The notes under the pieces are model-generated. The model was given only the letters and a program-made list of their open reading frames with translations. It ran no database searches and was not told the origin of the DNA. From NCBI RefSeq assembly GCF_009914755.1, contig NC_060926.1: 64,000 bases of DNA. One strand, given 5' to 3'. This document shows positions 41,241 through 58,010 of the stretch, piece after piece. Position 1 is the stretch's first letter, and every line of letters begins with the position of its first letter. The stretch comes from the human T2T-CHM13v2.0 reference genome, Homo sapiens. Made by a program: the position numbers and the translations under genes.

Positions 41241-43286
41241 AAGAATCAAGTATATCAAAATATTAGCACTTGACATAATTGCCTGGCAGGAATGGGAGTT
41301 CATATTTTCTATTTTATGCTGAAAATATTTCATAGTTTAAAAAGCTACAAAATATATTAGAAAAAAAACTGGCTGTTAAGTCTACTATTCTTATTCAAAA
41401 CCAAAAAACTTTTTAAAAAAATTTTTACTTTTTTACAAAGATTTTAACTTATTGTACAAAGAGTGGCCTAGTTAAGTAAATGTTATAAATTTGTGTGTAT
41501 GTTATGAATTTATATTATTCTTATGCTATCAATATCTATTTTTATATTGGGATTTCTTATAAAATTTCACTGGAGAAAAGGACTGCATGACTGCATTTCA
41601 CTGGAGAAAGTCCCAAGCTACTTCCTGGTCAACTTCTTCTAACACAGCAAAAGTCAGAAACACAGCAATACACACATTAAAATGTCACTTGGAAATGTAT
41701 TCTCTTAAAAGCTAACAATTCAAACCACTGCGTCCACAGAGTTTTGTAGAGGTAGAATTTGAGCTCAGCTTTGTGGGACACAAGCGTATCTTTAAAGGAA
41801 ATACCAAGGTTGAAAAGAGCAAACATTTAGCAATGAATGGTAAATAGCACAGAGGCAGAAAACTGGCAAGAAAGATTGCCTGGCTTGAGTAAAGGGAAAA
41901 AAGATATGCAAACAAGAACCGGAGTTAAGGCTTAGAACAGACAAGTCATGACTTGGAAATCAATGAATAAGGAAATGACATCTTCTCTGTTAACACTAAC
42001 CACTGTGGCCCCGTCCCCCATGTTTCACTTTCCCCTTGGAATTCTACAAGAATGGCTACTCCAACCAGGCTCTACCTCAAGATCCCTGTACCCCTCTAAC
42101 ACTTGAGGCCCAGCTGGGGAGAAGAGGTGGGACCTAAGGATATTTTCTTTTTTCCCCTCAGAACACATCAAAGAAATCTTATTAAACAAAACAAAAAAAT
42201 GAATCTAGATAAAATGTTTAAAGAGTTCTAACACTACCAAATCTAGTATATCCTTCAGGGCTTGTAGGTTCTGATGCCAAGAAAAGACAGGAATTTGCCA
42301 GAGTTCCCTACTTCCTAGCCTTTGGCCTGCTTCCATTTGACAAGTCACATATCATCATCAATTCATGAGTGCCTTCCTAAGACATCTTGACCCATCCTTT
42401 TCTCAGCCCCTGAGAAAAGGATTCCTTCCTCATATGACTGTCAGAAAGACTGCTCACCCTCCTGCAAGACTCTTCACCTACCAAAAGAGATTAATCTTTA
42501 AAGGCCTTTAATCATAAAATGACCATATCATACATTAGCAAAAGGTGGTTACTTCCTATTGGGAAAGTGCTATCAGAGAAGGGGGGGAGGAGGCTGGGCA
42601 CAGTGGCTCACGCCTGTAATCTCAACACTTTGGGAGGCCGAGGCGGGCAGATCACTTGAGGGCAGGAGTTCAAGACCAGCCTGGCCAACATGGTGAAACC
42701 TCCATCTCTATTAAAAATACAAAAAATTAGCCAGGTGTGGTGGTGCGCACCTGTAGTCCTAGCTACTCGGGAGGCTGAGGCAGGAAAATCACTTGAACCC
42801 GGGAGGCGGGGTTGCAGTAAGCCAAGATCAGGCCACTTCATTCCAGCCTGAGAGACAGATTCGTCTCAAAAAAAAAAAAAAAGAAAAAGAAAAAAGAAAA
42901 GGTGGGAAGGAGAGGATAGTGTCAACACCTTTACAGAGAAAGCTCCTATCTGAAGGTCCTTGTCTTTTCTTCAGGGACTATGACTATTTTAAATAAAAGA
43001 GGATTAAAGCTTCTTGTATATTTGTAGCACTATACTTATCGTACTAAATTACAGGTCTTATGTCTCTCTGTTTCCTCCATTAGATTGAGAGTTCCTTGAA
43101 GGCAGGAACTCACAGTCTATTTACTCATTTTGTGTCCATAGATTAACACAATGCTTGACACACAGTAATTATTCAATGTATGCCTGCTGAATGAAGAGTG
43201 AACAAAGGAATGACCAAAAAAAAAAAAGGGTAACAAAAATCTGACTGAATCAAAGAGAACAAGTGAAAAAGACAATGACAATGTAA

Positions 43287-43724
<438 letters not shown>

Positions 43725-45635
43725 TGACCCTTGCTTTGTATTAACGATTTGAAATGAAAAGTTTTAAGATATTAAAAACGTAATATATAATTTTTCTTCT
43801 ATGATATACGTGCAAGTCCAATTTGAGCTCTTTAGTATTTCATTCTACTTTTTCTAATTCCATTCTCTTGTCCAGAAGTTACAGGAGGGCCTCAAATTCA
43901 TTCTTTCACCCTTAAAATGCCTTTGGGGTTCTGAATTCAGTCATGCTTAAGCTAATATGTAACTACTTGAAGCTCTGGCTTATGGCACTGGCCATAAAAT
44001 AATCTAGACACAGTTTTTTTGTTTGTTTGTTTTTTTAATCTCAACAGCAGTGCCTCCTTTACAACTGTAGGACTAAACTGTGATCCACTAAACCAATGCT
44101 GGGGCCTCGGGAGCCAGGCAGGGAAAGGTTTAGAACAGAACAGACAGAGCAACTCTGCCTACTTGTACCAGAGAATTTTTCCATCAGAAAACAATGAACT
44201 TTCAAGAAAAATTTATATTGAAGAAAAGAATTCACGGTTTTTAAGTTTTAAAATCATTTGTCTAATTCTATTTTGCGCCTTCTGTTTTATTTCATTAGAA
44301 CAGAATCAAAGTGTTCATAATAGCAATTTTTTAAAAGTACAGGTTGCACAAAGGTTGTATGATTCAAACAAAAGAATACTGCAATGAAGCGTTCCAAAAG
44401 GAAACAGTGAGCCTTAAGAGTGATGTTTCCCAGATTTACGCCAGTCACCTGTATTCATCCACCAAAAAAAAAGTTTAATGAAGTAAGGAACATACATATT
44501 TGAACTATTTACATATATTATTTGACTCAAACATGTTTTTTAAAATGGCTTAGGGGATTACACAACGTATCAGAATAGGGCACTTTCTACAGTCTCCTAA
44601 TAACCAAATGTTAACTATGAAACAGGGGAATTACTGCTGAGATGTGCAGTATTCTTCTGAGTCTCCCCGCCCCAACCCCATTTCCAAGTTCTAAAAATTT
44701 ACCTAGGGTTCTGTTAACTACTGCTACAAAAACAAACAAAAAACAAACCTGTAGTCCCAGCTACTCGGGAAGGGGAAACGGAGGTGGAGGCTGAGGTGGG
44801 AGGAATTCTAGTCGCACCTGGGCAACATAGTGAGACCCAGACTTTCGAGAATACATACATATATTTCTCAGTTTGTTTTAGTGTTACTCAAATTTCCTAA
44901 ATAATTTCGTATATATCTTATCCATGTTTTTCTCATTCTATAGTCACTGAGAGACCAGCGCTTTATGACTGCAACATGTAAAATACTTGTTGTTCTGGAG
45001 TGTTTTGAGACTGGAGATTTCCTTTTCATACTCTAAAACCGAACATCTCCTAGCACCCGCGCAATCTTTGCAATCCGGGGATGAAGAGCAACACCTTTAC
45101 AATTGTAATAAATCTTAAAGCTACCCTATCAGGGATTGAATGCATGAGTAATATAAATAATGGGGAAGTAAGTTCTTCCTATTCAATGCGGTTGTCTAGG
45201 TGTCAAGTGTCTAGTGTTGGGCTTCTCTAGACAGCAGGGTCTCCACTGCTGCATCATCTTCAGAAAACGATGGGGCAAAGACGGAGGTAACCAGCTGTCG
45301 AACGAGCAGGAAGTTTTTAATCACCAACTCCACAACTACTTAATCAGTCCAGTCTCCAGCGAGCCCTAGGCTCTTCCCAAATCCTACGCTTGGCAAGGAG
45401 AACGGCCCTTTGAGGGTCCCCAAACTCAGGCGGCAGGAAGCACTCCCCAGACCGCTAGCGACGCGCCGAGGTTGCCCCAGAAAAATCCCAACGTCGAAGG
45501 AGCGGGCGGCACCGCCCCTCCCCTCCCTTCGCTTTGCTTCCTAGTCCCCGGAGTCGCTACCGCCCACTTTCTAGCCGGACAAACAGCAGTCCAGGGCCAG
45601 GCACACAGCAGTCCAGGACCGGGCACAGCACTCAC

Positions 45636-45675
45636 CCACGTCTTGCTCGAAGGGGTTGGCGGTGAACAAAGGCAT
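45636..45675 (-). CDS. STAM2: STAM2 coding exon 1 (MPLFTANPFEQDV+G), 40 nt
   Basis: Minus strand reads GAG ATG CCT TTG TTC ACC GCC AAC CCC TTC GAG CAA GAC GTG G|GTGAGT. It matches the STAM2 N-terminus, lies in a CpG island and has a canonical donor. Confidence 0.97.
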
Positions 45676-46069
45676 CTCGCCGGCGCCCGAGCCCTAGTCG
45701 CTGCTGTCTAGCTGACACTCAGCAACTGCTACCCGCCGGGTGACCCGCGGCCGCGGCTCCCTAGACCGCTCCGCTTCGGCCTCCGTCCCTGCACTTCCGC
45801 CACCGCACCTGCCCGGCTCTTGCCTGACAGGCCGGCTCGGAGTCCACCCTTCGATCCCGCGCTCCTGTCCCAACTTTTCTCCCGGGGCGAGATCCCTCCG
45901 ACCATGGGCGTCCTCCCAAGGCCTTTGTCGCTGCCCCTGTCCCAGACTTTTGTAGGGGTCAGGCGGCCGCTACGGCCACCTTTCCAGCGCTAGGACCCCG
46001 GCTAGCCACGAAGCCGGGGACCTTCGGAGCCGGAAGTAGTCCCGCCTGGAACTGGACGACCCCGGAAGC

Positions 46070-46103
46070 TGCAGTGCCAGCGGCGGCGCGGCAGGGGGCG
46101 CGG
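46070..46103 (+). promoter_or_regulatory. Candidate CTCF site with upstream motif
   Basis: Core GCGGCAGGGGGCGC at 46088-46101, preceded 18 bp earlier by TGCAGTGCC, the spacing expected for the zinc finger 9-11 upstream motif. Motif match only. Confidence 0.5.
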
Positions 46104-47108
46104 TTACCCGTAGTTTTTCGCGTTGGACGACGGGCTCTGAGGGCCAAGTTCTTGTCACGAATTTAGTTTGTTTCAGAGCGGCAGGACTCGTAGCTAGAGA
46201 ACGAGGACCCACGACGCGTACGCGTTACAGTCCTGTTTCCCTAGAAACGGAGCTGCCGGCGCGGAGGTGGCTTTGAGATTCTGCGAAAGACCTGACTGCT
46301 CTTCAACACTTATTGTGTTGCACCCTCCCAGGCGCCCAGTCCAAACCCCGTCAGAATAACCACCCGGGACAGCGGTGGTCGAAGTAACTACGCCTAACTT
46401 TTCGCTTTCCATCGTGTCCCCTCCATAAAAACACTGCTGGGCCCCCGGAATCCAAAGGCGAAGGAGGCACACTCCCTGCCTTAGACTTGTTGAGAGTTTT
46501 ATAGGGGCAGTGCATAACGTACATGATGGTGTATGACGATTCGGATGGTAGTACGAGTCATAAACTCAAATTCCAACAGCATCCAGCCAGGTATTTAAAT
46601 GAATGCAAAAGCCCAAGCACCCTTCCCACCCACATATTCTCTGTTCCTCTTAGAAAACTGTAGTAATGATTATGTTGCCTGTCTCTCTCCTCCTCATTAG
46701 ATTATAAACTCCCTGATAAGTTTTGGTCACTACTATATCCCCAGCGTCTAAAACAGTGTCCCAAGTAATAGACGCTCAATGCTTTTCGAATGAAGCTGTA
46801 ACTTTCTAACTGAACAGTGCGTATCTAAAGATGTCAACTACTGGTAAATTGCAGCCATTTATTGAAATGTGGGTCCTACTAGAGTTTGCAATTTTTCAAT
46901 GATGTTTAAATGTTGAGAATTACTCCAACATTTTAAATAATAGATTAATCAAAACCATTTTACAAACTCTAGTATAAAGACCTGATGCTATAGAGAGCTC
47001 ATACACATTCAGAAAGGTGGTTGCATTTTATAAAGTTAGGGGCACAAATGAGAAGGAATCGTGCAGAAGGGGCTGTTTTTCATAGAACGTTGAACCTAGG
47101 GATGTTCA

Positions 47109-47426
<318 letters not shown>

Positions 47427-47615
47427 TTAGAGATTTTTTGGACAGATAAAGACTTTTTGTCTAAGACTTAGTGTTGGAATGGAAAACAAGGCTGACTAGG
47501 TATAAGAGGAAACAGATTGACAAGAATTTTAAAGGGCAAGCTGGGAATTTTTTATTTTGATTAAGGCACTCAATAATTATTTAAGGATATTGGGTAGCAG
47601 AATAGTAAAAAAAAA

Positions 47616-47725
47616 TTTTTTTTTGAGATGGAGTCTCACTCTGTTACCCAGACTGGAGTGCAGTGGCGCGATTTGGGCTCACTGCAAGCTCCGCCTCCTG
47701 GGTTCACACCATTCTCCTGCCTCAG
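47616..47725 (-). mobile_element. 5'-truncated AluY-type fragment abutting the inverted LTR
   Basis: T9 tail, diagnostic CACTGCAAGCTCCGCC and GGTTCACACCATTCTC; ends after GCCTCAG; no TSD found. Confidence 0.85.
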
Positions 47726-47730
47726 GAGAA

Positions 47731-48205
47731 TGGCCAAAACTGGCCATAGACAAAATCTCTGCAGCACTGTGACATGTTCGTGATGGCCATAATGCCCACG
47801 CTGGAAGGTTGTGGGTTTACTGGAATGAGGGCAAGGAACCCCTGGCCCTTCCAGGGTGGAAAACCACTTAAAGGCCTTCTTATGCCACAAACAATAGCAT
47901 GAGTGATCTGTGCCTTAAGGACATGCTCCTGCTGCAGTTAACTAGCCCAACCTATTCCTTTAATTCGGCGCATCCCTTCGTTTCCCATAAGGGATACTTT
48001 TAGTTAATTTAATATCTGTAGAAACAATGCTAATGACTGGCTTGCTGTTAATAAATACGTGGGTAAATCTCTGTTCGGGGCTCTCAGCTCTGAAGGCTGT
48101 GAGACCCCTGATTTCCCACTTCACACCTCTATATTTCTATGTGTGTGTCTTTAATTCCTCTAGCGCCGCTAGGTTAGGCTCTCCCCGACCGAGCTGGTCT
48201 CGGCA
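47731..48205 (+). mobile_element. Second MER9 LTR, inverted relative to the provirus, lacking its first ~35 bp
   Basis: Plus strand reads TGGCCAAAACTGGCCATAGACAAAATCTCTGCAGC...GCTGGTCTCGGCA, colinear with the reverse complement of 50974-51450. Confidence 0.95.
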
Positions 48206-50973
48206 GCCCTTGTTGAAGGAATACTTATGGCAATGGTGATCACCGCTATGGTAGCTACCATTAAATTACTCGTTGTGATTGGTTGTCCCGCTTTCCTCAG
48301 GTTTTCTTCTGCCATCTGTGACAGCTTCTTGGTCTGTCCCCAGGTGGGTGGCTGTGTTTGATGGGTATTGCTCACGACAGTTGGGGTCCTTCTCAGTGTC
48401 AGTCTCAACATGGCTGCAACCGGGGGGGGGGTGGTCCTTGGGATCCTCCCAGAATCTCTTCCTTGGCATCTGGCTAATGATAAGGTTTCAGGTGTCTTGA
48501 TGGTATCCAAATCGGCTGTTGATTTTGGCCTGGAGAAATACAGCATAACCTCTACCCCAAGTTATTATTTTACCTATTTCCCAACTTTTTGTTACCGGAT
48601 CTCTCCACCAAATCAGTTGTTCTGCTTCTGTCTTTGCATCTGGTTTCTGTAGATGCTGTTCAGCTGCTGATAACATCTGGCCTTCTTTGGGCAGGCTCAA
48701 AACATTTAAAGTTAATAATGCTAGATTCAATTGTGTATGGGCTGTCCCATAATCCCTATTTCTCCCCCTTTTTTGTTTTTGTCATTAGTTGTTTATCTGT
48801 ATGAAATAGTAACAGCATTTTTAATTAATTGTGTGGAATGAACCACGTATGAAGCAGCAGAAATCACATTAATAGGCATATTAAAAGCAGTCCATACCTC
48901 AATTACAGCTACAAGCTCCGCTTTTTAAGCTGAAGTATAGGGCGTCTGGAAAACTTTACCTTTTGATCCAGAATAAGAAGCTTTGCCATTACTAGACCCA
49001 TCTGTGAAACAAGGAAAACACTTAGCAGGCTGCAGGTTGTTTACTGCAGGAATTGTAAATGCAAACTGTTCACAGTCTTGCTCAGCTAAAGGGATAGTAA
49101 AGAAATAGTCTTTTAAATCTATGACTATTAGAGGCCAATTTTTTGGAATTATAGCAGGAGAAGGCAATCCTGGCTGTAATGCTCCCTTAGGTTGTATAAC
49201 TGAATTGATGGCCCTTAAGTCAGTTAACATTCTCCATTTACCTGATTTTTTCTTAATTACAAAAACTGGAGAATTCCAAGGGGAAAATGTTAGAGCTATG
49301 TGCCCATTTTCTAATTGTGTAGTAACTAATTTCTCTAAAGCCTCCAGTTTCTCTTTACTTAGCGGCCATTGTTCTATCCAAATTGGCTTATCTGTTAACC
49401 ATTTTAAAGGTATAGGTTCTGGAGGCTTAACAATGGCCATCAAAAATGATATCCTAATCTTTGGCAGGAATTTTGTCTTTCTGCTTGAAGCAGTTCTTGC
49501 AAACCTTGCAAATTTTTTTTTTCTAGTCCCATACCAGGGACATACCCCATTTCATGCATTGTATGTTGACTTCGAGGGCTATATAATTGTTCTGGAATTA
49601 GAACTTGTGCTCCCCATTGTTGTAACAAATCTCTTCCCCATAAATTTATAGGTGCAGAAGTTATAATTGGTTGAATAGTCCCAGGTTGTCCATCAGGCCC
49701 TTCACAATGCAAAATATAACTACTTTGATATACTTCAGGGGCTTTACCAACTCCAACTATGTTAAATTGAGCGGGTTGAATTGGCCACACAGACGGCCAC
49801 TGCTGTAGAGAAATGATTGAAATGTCCGCTTCTGTATCTACCAAACCTTTAAATTTCTTTCCCTGAATAGTTATTTCACAGGTAGGACATTTATCAGTAA
49901 TTTGATTTACCCAATAAGCTGCTTTGCCTTGTTTATTTGTGCTTCCAAATCCTCCTGTTCGTTTAATTTCACTTTTTCCCATTCCCACATACGGCACGAT
50001 CAGGAGCTGTGCTATGCACTCTCCTGGCTCTGCTTTCCAGGGAACAGAAGTAAATATAACAATTTGAATTTCCCCATTGTAATCTGAATCAGTGACTCCT
50101 GTATGTATTTGTACCCCTTTTAAACTTAAATTAGACCTTCCTAAAAGTAATACTATTGTCCCCATTGGCAAAGATCCACAGACTCCTGTTGGAACCTTTT
50201 GCAGGGATTCCCCAGGCAGAAGGCTCACAGCTTTTGTGCAGCATAAGTCTACCGTGGCACTACCAGCTGTGGCAGGGGACAGACATTGTACAGGGGTGAG
50301 GGAATGGCCTGAGCCATTCTGGAATCCCCTATATGGCAGCCTGACTCGCTGATTATTTCTATATCCTTTTTTAGTATTAATAGCTTGTTTAAATTTTTTT
50401 AGTAATTTAAAAGGAAAAGGCTCAAATGTAGCTATAATATTTCCCTGTTGATCTGGGGAGTGTATTCTAACAGCAAACTGCCAAGCCTCTAAATCAACCT
50501 CTTGTGTAGCTTGCTAAATTCCTGCTTGAATAGAACTGAGAGCAGTCGCTTAAGGCACTTCTCGAACAGTCACTGGGGCAACTACTTTTCGCCCAGTGTC
50601 TTCCAGGAAAGAAAGATCTGGAGGGTCATTTTCTTCAAAATAATAGGGAGGGGATGCAGAAGGGTGGGGATGAACCTCTCCCTGCTTTGCCGCTTTAGCT
50701 TTAGGTGGCAAACAAACCTGCTCTGTAACCTCTTCTGTTATTTCGTTATACTCTCCTTCCTCCTCATCATCAGTGTGAAAAAGTTCCAAGATGGAACGAA
50801 CCACACCCCGCACTTGTCCCATTGTTACCCTGACGCTTCCGAGCTCCCCTTCTTACTCACCACGGGGATTGCTTTAAGAGTACTTGGGTGTCCTCCAGCT
50901 AGTTCCATGTTTTCCAACTGTCACTCTGGCGACCCTTCAACCTGGATTCGAGCCCCCCACAATGGATGCCACT
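48206..50973 (-). mobile_element. HERV-K(HML-3) internal region, heavily deleted: gag fragment, dUTPase-protease, RT/RNase H fragments, integrase C-terminus, env N-terminus
   Basis: ORFs 50550-50822 (MGQV gag), 49440-50228 (dUTPase, protease, G-patch), 48925-49443 (RT N-terminus fused to FTDGS RNase H), 48488-48730 (IWWRDP...ITWGRGYA integrase C-terminus), 48169-48546 (env leader). Confidence 0.93.
49440..50290 (-). pseudogene. HML-3 pro frame (dUTPase, aspartic protease, G-patch); open, but protease motif reads DTEAD
   Basis: Motifs AGSATVDL (in frame upstream of the tracked start), GRSNL, GVTDSDYNGEI, IAQLL, RTGGFGST; then [28 protein letters not shown]. Confidence 0.88.
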
Positions 50974-51484
50974 TGCCGAGACCAGCTTGGTCAGGGAGAC
51001 CCTAACCCAGTGGTGCTAGAGGAATTAAAGACACACACATAGAAATATAGAAGTGTAAAGTGGGAAATCAGGGTCTCACAGCCTTCAGAGGTGAGAGCCC
51101 CGAACAGAGATTTACCCACCTATTTATTAACAGCAAGCCACTCATTAGCATTGTTTCTATAGATATTAAATTAACTAAAAGTATCCCTTAAGGGAAACGA
51201 AGGGATGGGCTGAATTAAAGGAATAGGTTGGGCTAGTTAACTGCAGCAGGAGCATGTCCTTAAGGCACAGATCGCTCATGCTATTGTTTGTGGCTTAAGA
51301 ATGCCTTTAAGCAGTTTTCCGTCCTGGGTGGGCCAGGTGTTCCTTGCTGTCATTCCAGTAAACCCACAACCTTCCAGCGTGGTCATTTTGGCCATCATGA
51401 ACATGTCACAGTGCTGCAGAGATTTTGTTTATGGCCAGTTTTGGGGCCAGTTTATGGCCAGATTTTGGGGGCCTGTTCCCAATA
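50974..51484 (-). mobile_element. MER9 5' LTR of HERV-K(HML-3)/HERVK9 provirus
   Basis: Minus strand begins TATTGGGAACAGGCCCCCAAAATCTGGCC and ends GCTGGTCTCGGCA. It is followed by a degenerate tRNA-Lys PBS TGGCATCCATTGTGGGGG (50954-50971). Confidence 0.95.
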
Positions 51485-51596
51485 GAGGTGGGAAGATCAC
51501 CTGAGCCCAGGATTTCAGGGTTACAGTGAGCTATGATTGTGCCACTGCACTGCAGCCTGGGTGAAAGAGTGAGACCCTGTTGCAAAAAAAAAAAAA
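51485..51596 (+). mobile_element. 3' part of an AluJ-type element interrupted by the HML-3 LTR
   Basis: Begins abruptly at GAGGTGGGAAGATCACCTGAGCCCAGG immediately after the LTR and runs to an A tail. Confidence 0.8.
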
Positions 51597-51603
51597 GAAG
51601 TAA

Positions 51604-51971
<368 letters not shown>

Positions 51972-52448
51972 TGAACCACCGCTCCCAGCCACATTCGTGT
52001 TTTAAAAAGACTCTTTTAATTCCTCCTGTTTAAAAGCAAGTATACTCAAGGATCTATAGGTATTTTTTTTCTATGTATATACTCAGTTCCTCAGTGAGTT
52101 CCTCTAATTAACAAAGTTTTTTTTTCATCTTTTGTAATTAACAACATTTTTAATAGTTACCGGGAGCAGACCCTGTGTTAGAAACAAGAGGATACAATAA
52201 TTGTTCACTGTTGCTTCATCTTAGGAAGTAATTGGGCAATTAAAAAATATTTCAGTGGCAGTCTAAAAATTGTGGTGTGCAAAGAATTTGAAAACCAGTT
52301 TACAAAAAAAAAAAAAAAATCTAGAGGCTTGGTGGCATGCACCTGTAGCATCAGCTACTTTGGAGGATGAGGCAGAAGGATTGCTTGAGCTAGGGCAGTC
52401 AAGGCTGTAGTGAGCCATGATCATGTCACTGCACCCCAGCCTGGATGA

Positions 52449-55520
<3,072 letters not shown>

Positions 55521-55711
55521 CTCCCTTTCTTCTATCTCTCTCTTTTTTTTTTTTTTTTTTAAGACAGGATCTCACTCTGTCACCCAGGCTGGAGTGCAGT
55601 GTGGCACAATCTCAGCTCGCCGCAATCTCAACCTCCCGAGTTCAAGAGATGCTCCTACCTCAGCCTCCTGAGTAGCTGGCACTACAGGCATGCACCACCA
55701 TGCCCTGCTAA

Positions 55712-56128
<417 letters not shown>

Positions 56129-56617
56129 TAAAAATTTTTTAATTAAATTTTTAATTTTTTGGATTTCTTTTTTCAAATTTTGTTTTTGCTGTTTTTTCTC
56201 TTTCTTTTGGCATTGCCTCCATTATAGCACAGGCTTCCATTTCCTCCATGCCTTCCAATTTCTTCGTTTTAAAAGAGAGTGCCCAAACTTGGGAGTGAGA
56301 AGAGGCTGGAGTCTACTTCGTGCTCTGTTAACTAAGTTAAATACCCATAAGGCTGCATCCTTCCTAGACAGGGAGGCTTTTTTTCTAGTCATCGAAAGAA
56401 ATCATGTGGGCTAGCCTACCCCTGCACACAACAGTCTACTTAATATCCTGAAATACCACTTTTGTAATTTTGTTCTCTTCCTTGAGAGTCTACTGGATTT
56501 TACATGCCATAAAAAGGTCAAGCTGGGGTGTCACTGTCTCTGGTAAATGACTCATTTTTCCCTATCTAACAGGCTTATTTTCTATAGCTTAAAGCTTCCG
56601 TTTTTGGAGTCACATAA

Positions 56618-56865
<248 letters not shown>

Positions 56866-57483
56866 TAGTAGAGACAGGGTTTCACCATGTTGGCCAGGCT
56901 GGTCTTGAACTCCTGACCTCAGGTGATCCACCTGCCTCAGCCTTCTAAAGTACTGGGATTACAAGCGTGAGCCACCGCGCCTGGCCCTTTAACTATATAC
57001 GTTATTATTTATTTATTTATTTATTTTGTGTTTGGAGACAGAGTCTCAAAATATAAAACATTTAATATAAATAAAATATATTAAATTTAAAAATACTTTA
57101 TTTATTTATTTATCTTTTGAGACAGTCTTATTCTGTCACCCATTCTGTCACACCCAGTGGTGTGATCTCAGCTCACTGCAGCTTTGACCTCCGGGGCTTA
57201 AGTGATCCCCCCACCTCAGACCTCCAAGTAGCTGGGACTACAGGCACATGCCACCATGCCTGGCTAATTTTTGTATTTTTTGTAGAGATGGGGTCTCACT
57301 ATGTTGTCCAGCTGGTCTTGCATTCCTGGGCTCAAGCAATCTGCCCGCCTTAACCTCCCAAAGTGCTGGGATTACAGGCATGAGCCACCACACCTGACTA
57401 CTATATACTTTATAAGGTTGCTGTGAAAATTAAATGGGATTATGAGAGCTTTTTGTATAGTAAATACTCAATAGCACTCACTA

Positions 57484-58010
<527 letters not shown>

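Larger units (their letters stand above)
45400..46460. promoter_or_regulatory. CpG-island, TATA-less promoter and 5' UTR of STAM2
   Basis: High GC and dense CpG around exon 1. ETS/GABP-type motifs: CCGGAAGT 46030-46037, CCGGAAG 46062-46068, GCGGAAGTG on minus strand 45792-45800. Boundaries approximate. Confidence 0.9.

Noticed and set aside
45426-46472. Several 60-90 aa ORFs across the CpG island suggesting a divergent gene
   Set aside because: High GC suppresses stop codons; most use non-ATG starts and none shows a recognisable domain or downstream exon structure.
48169-48546. 125-aa ORF as a possible novel env or Rec-like protein
   Set aside because: It is a truncated env leader running into the inverted LTR and stopping, with no SU/TM domains; it only marks the junction.
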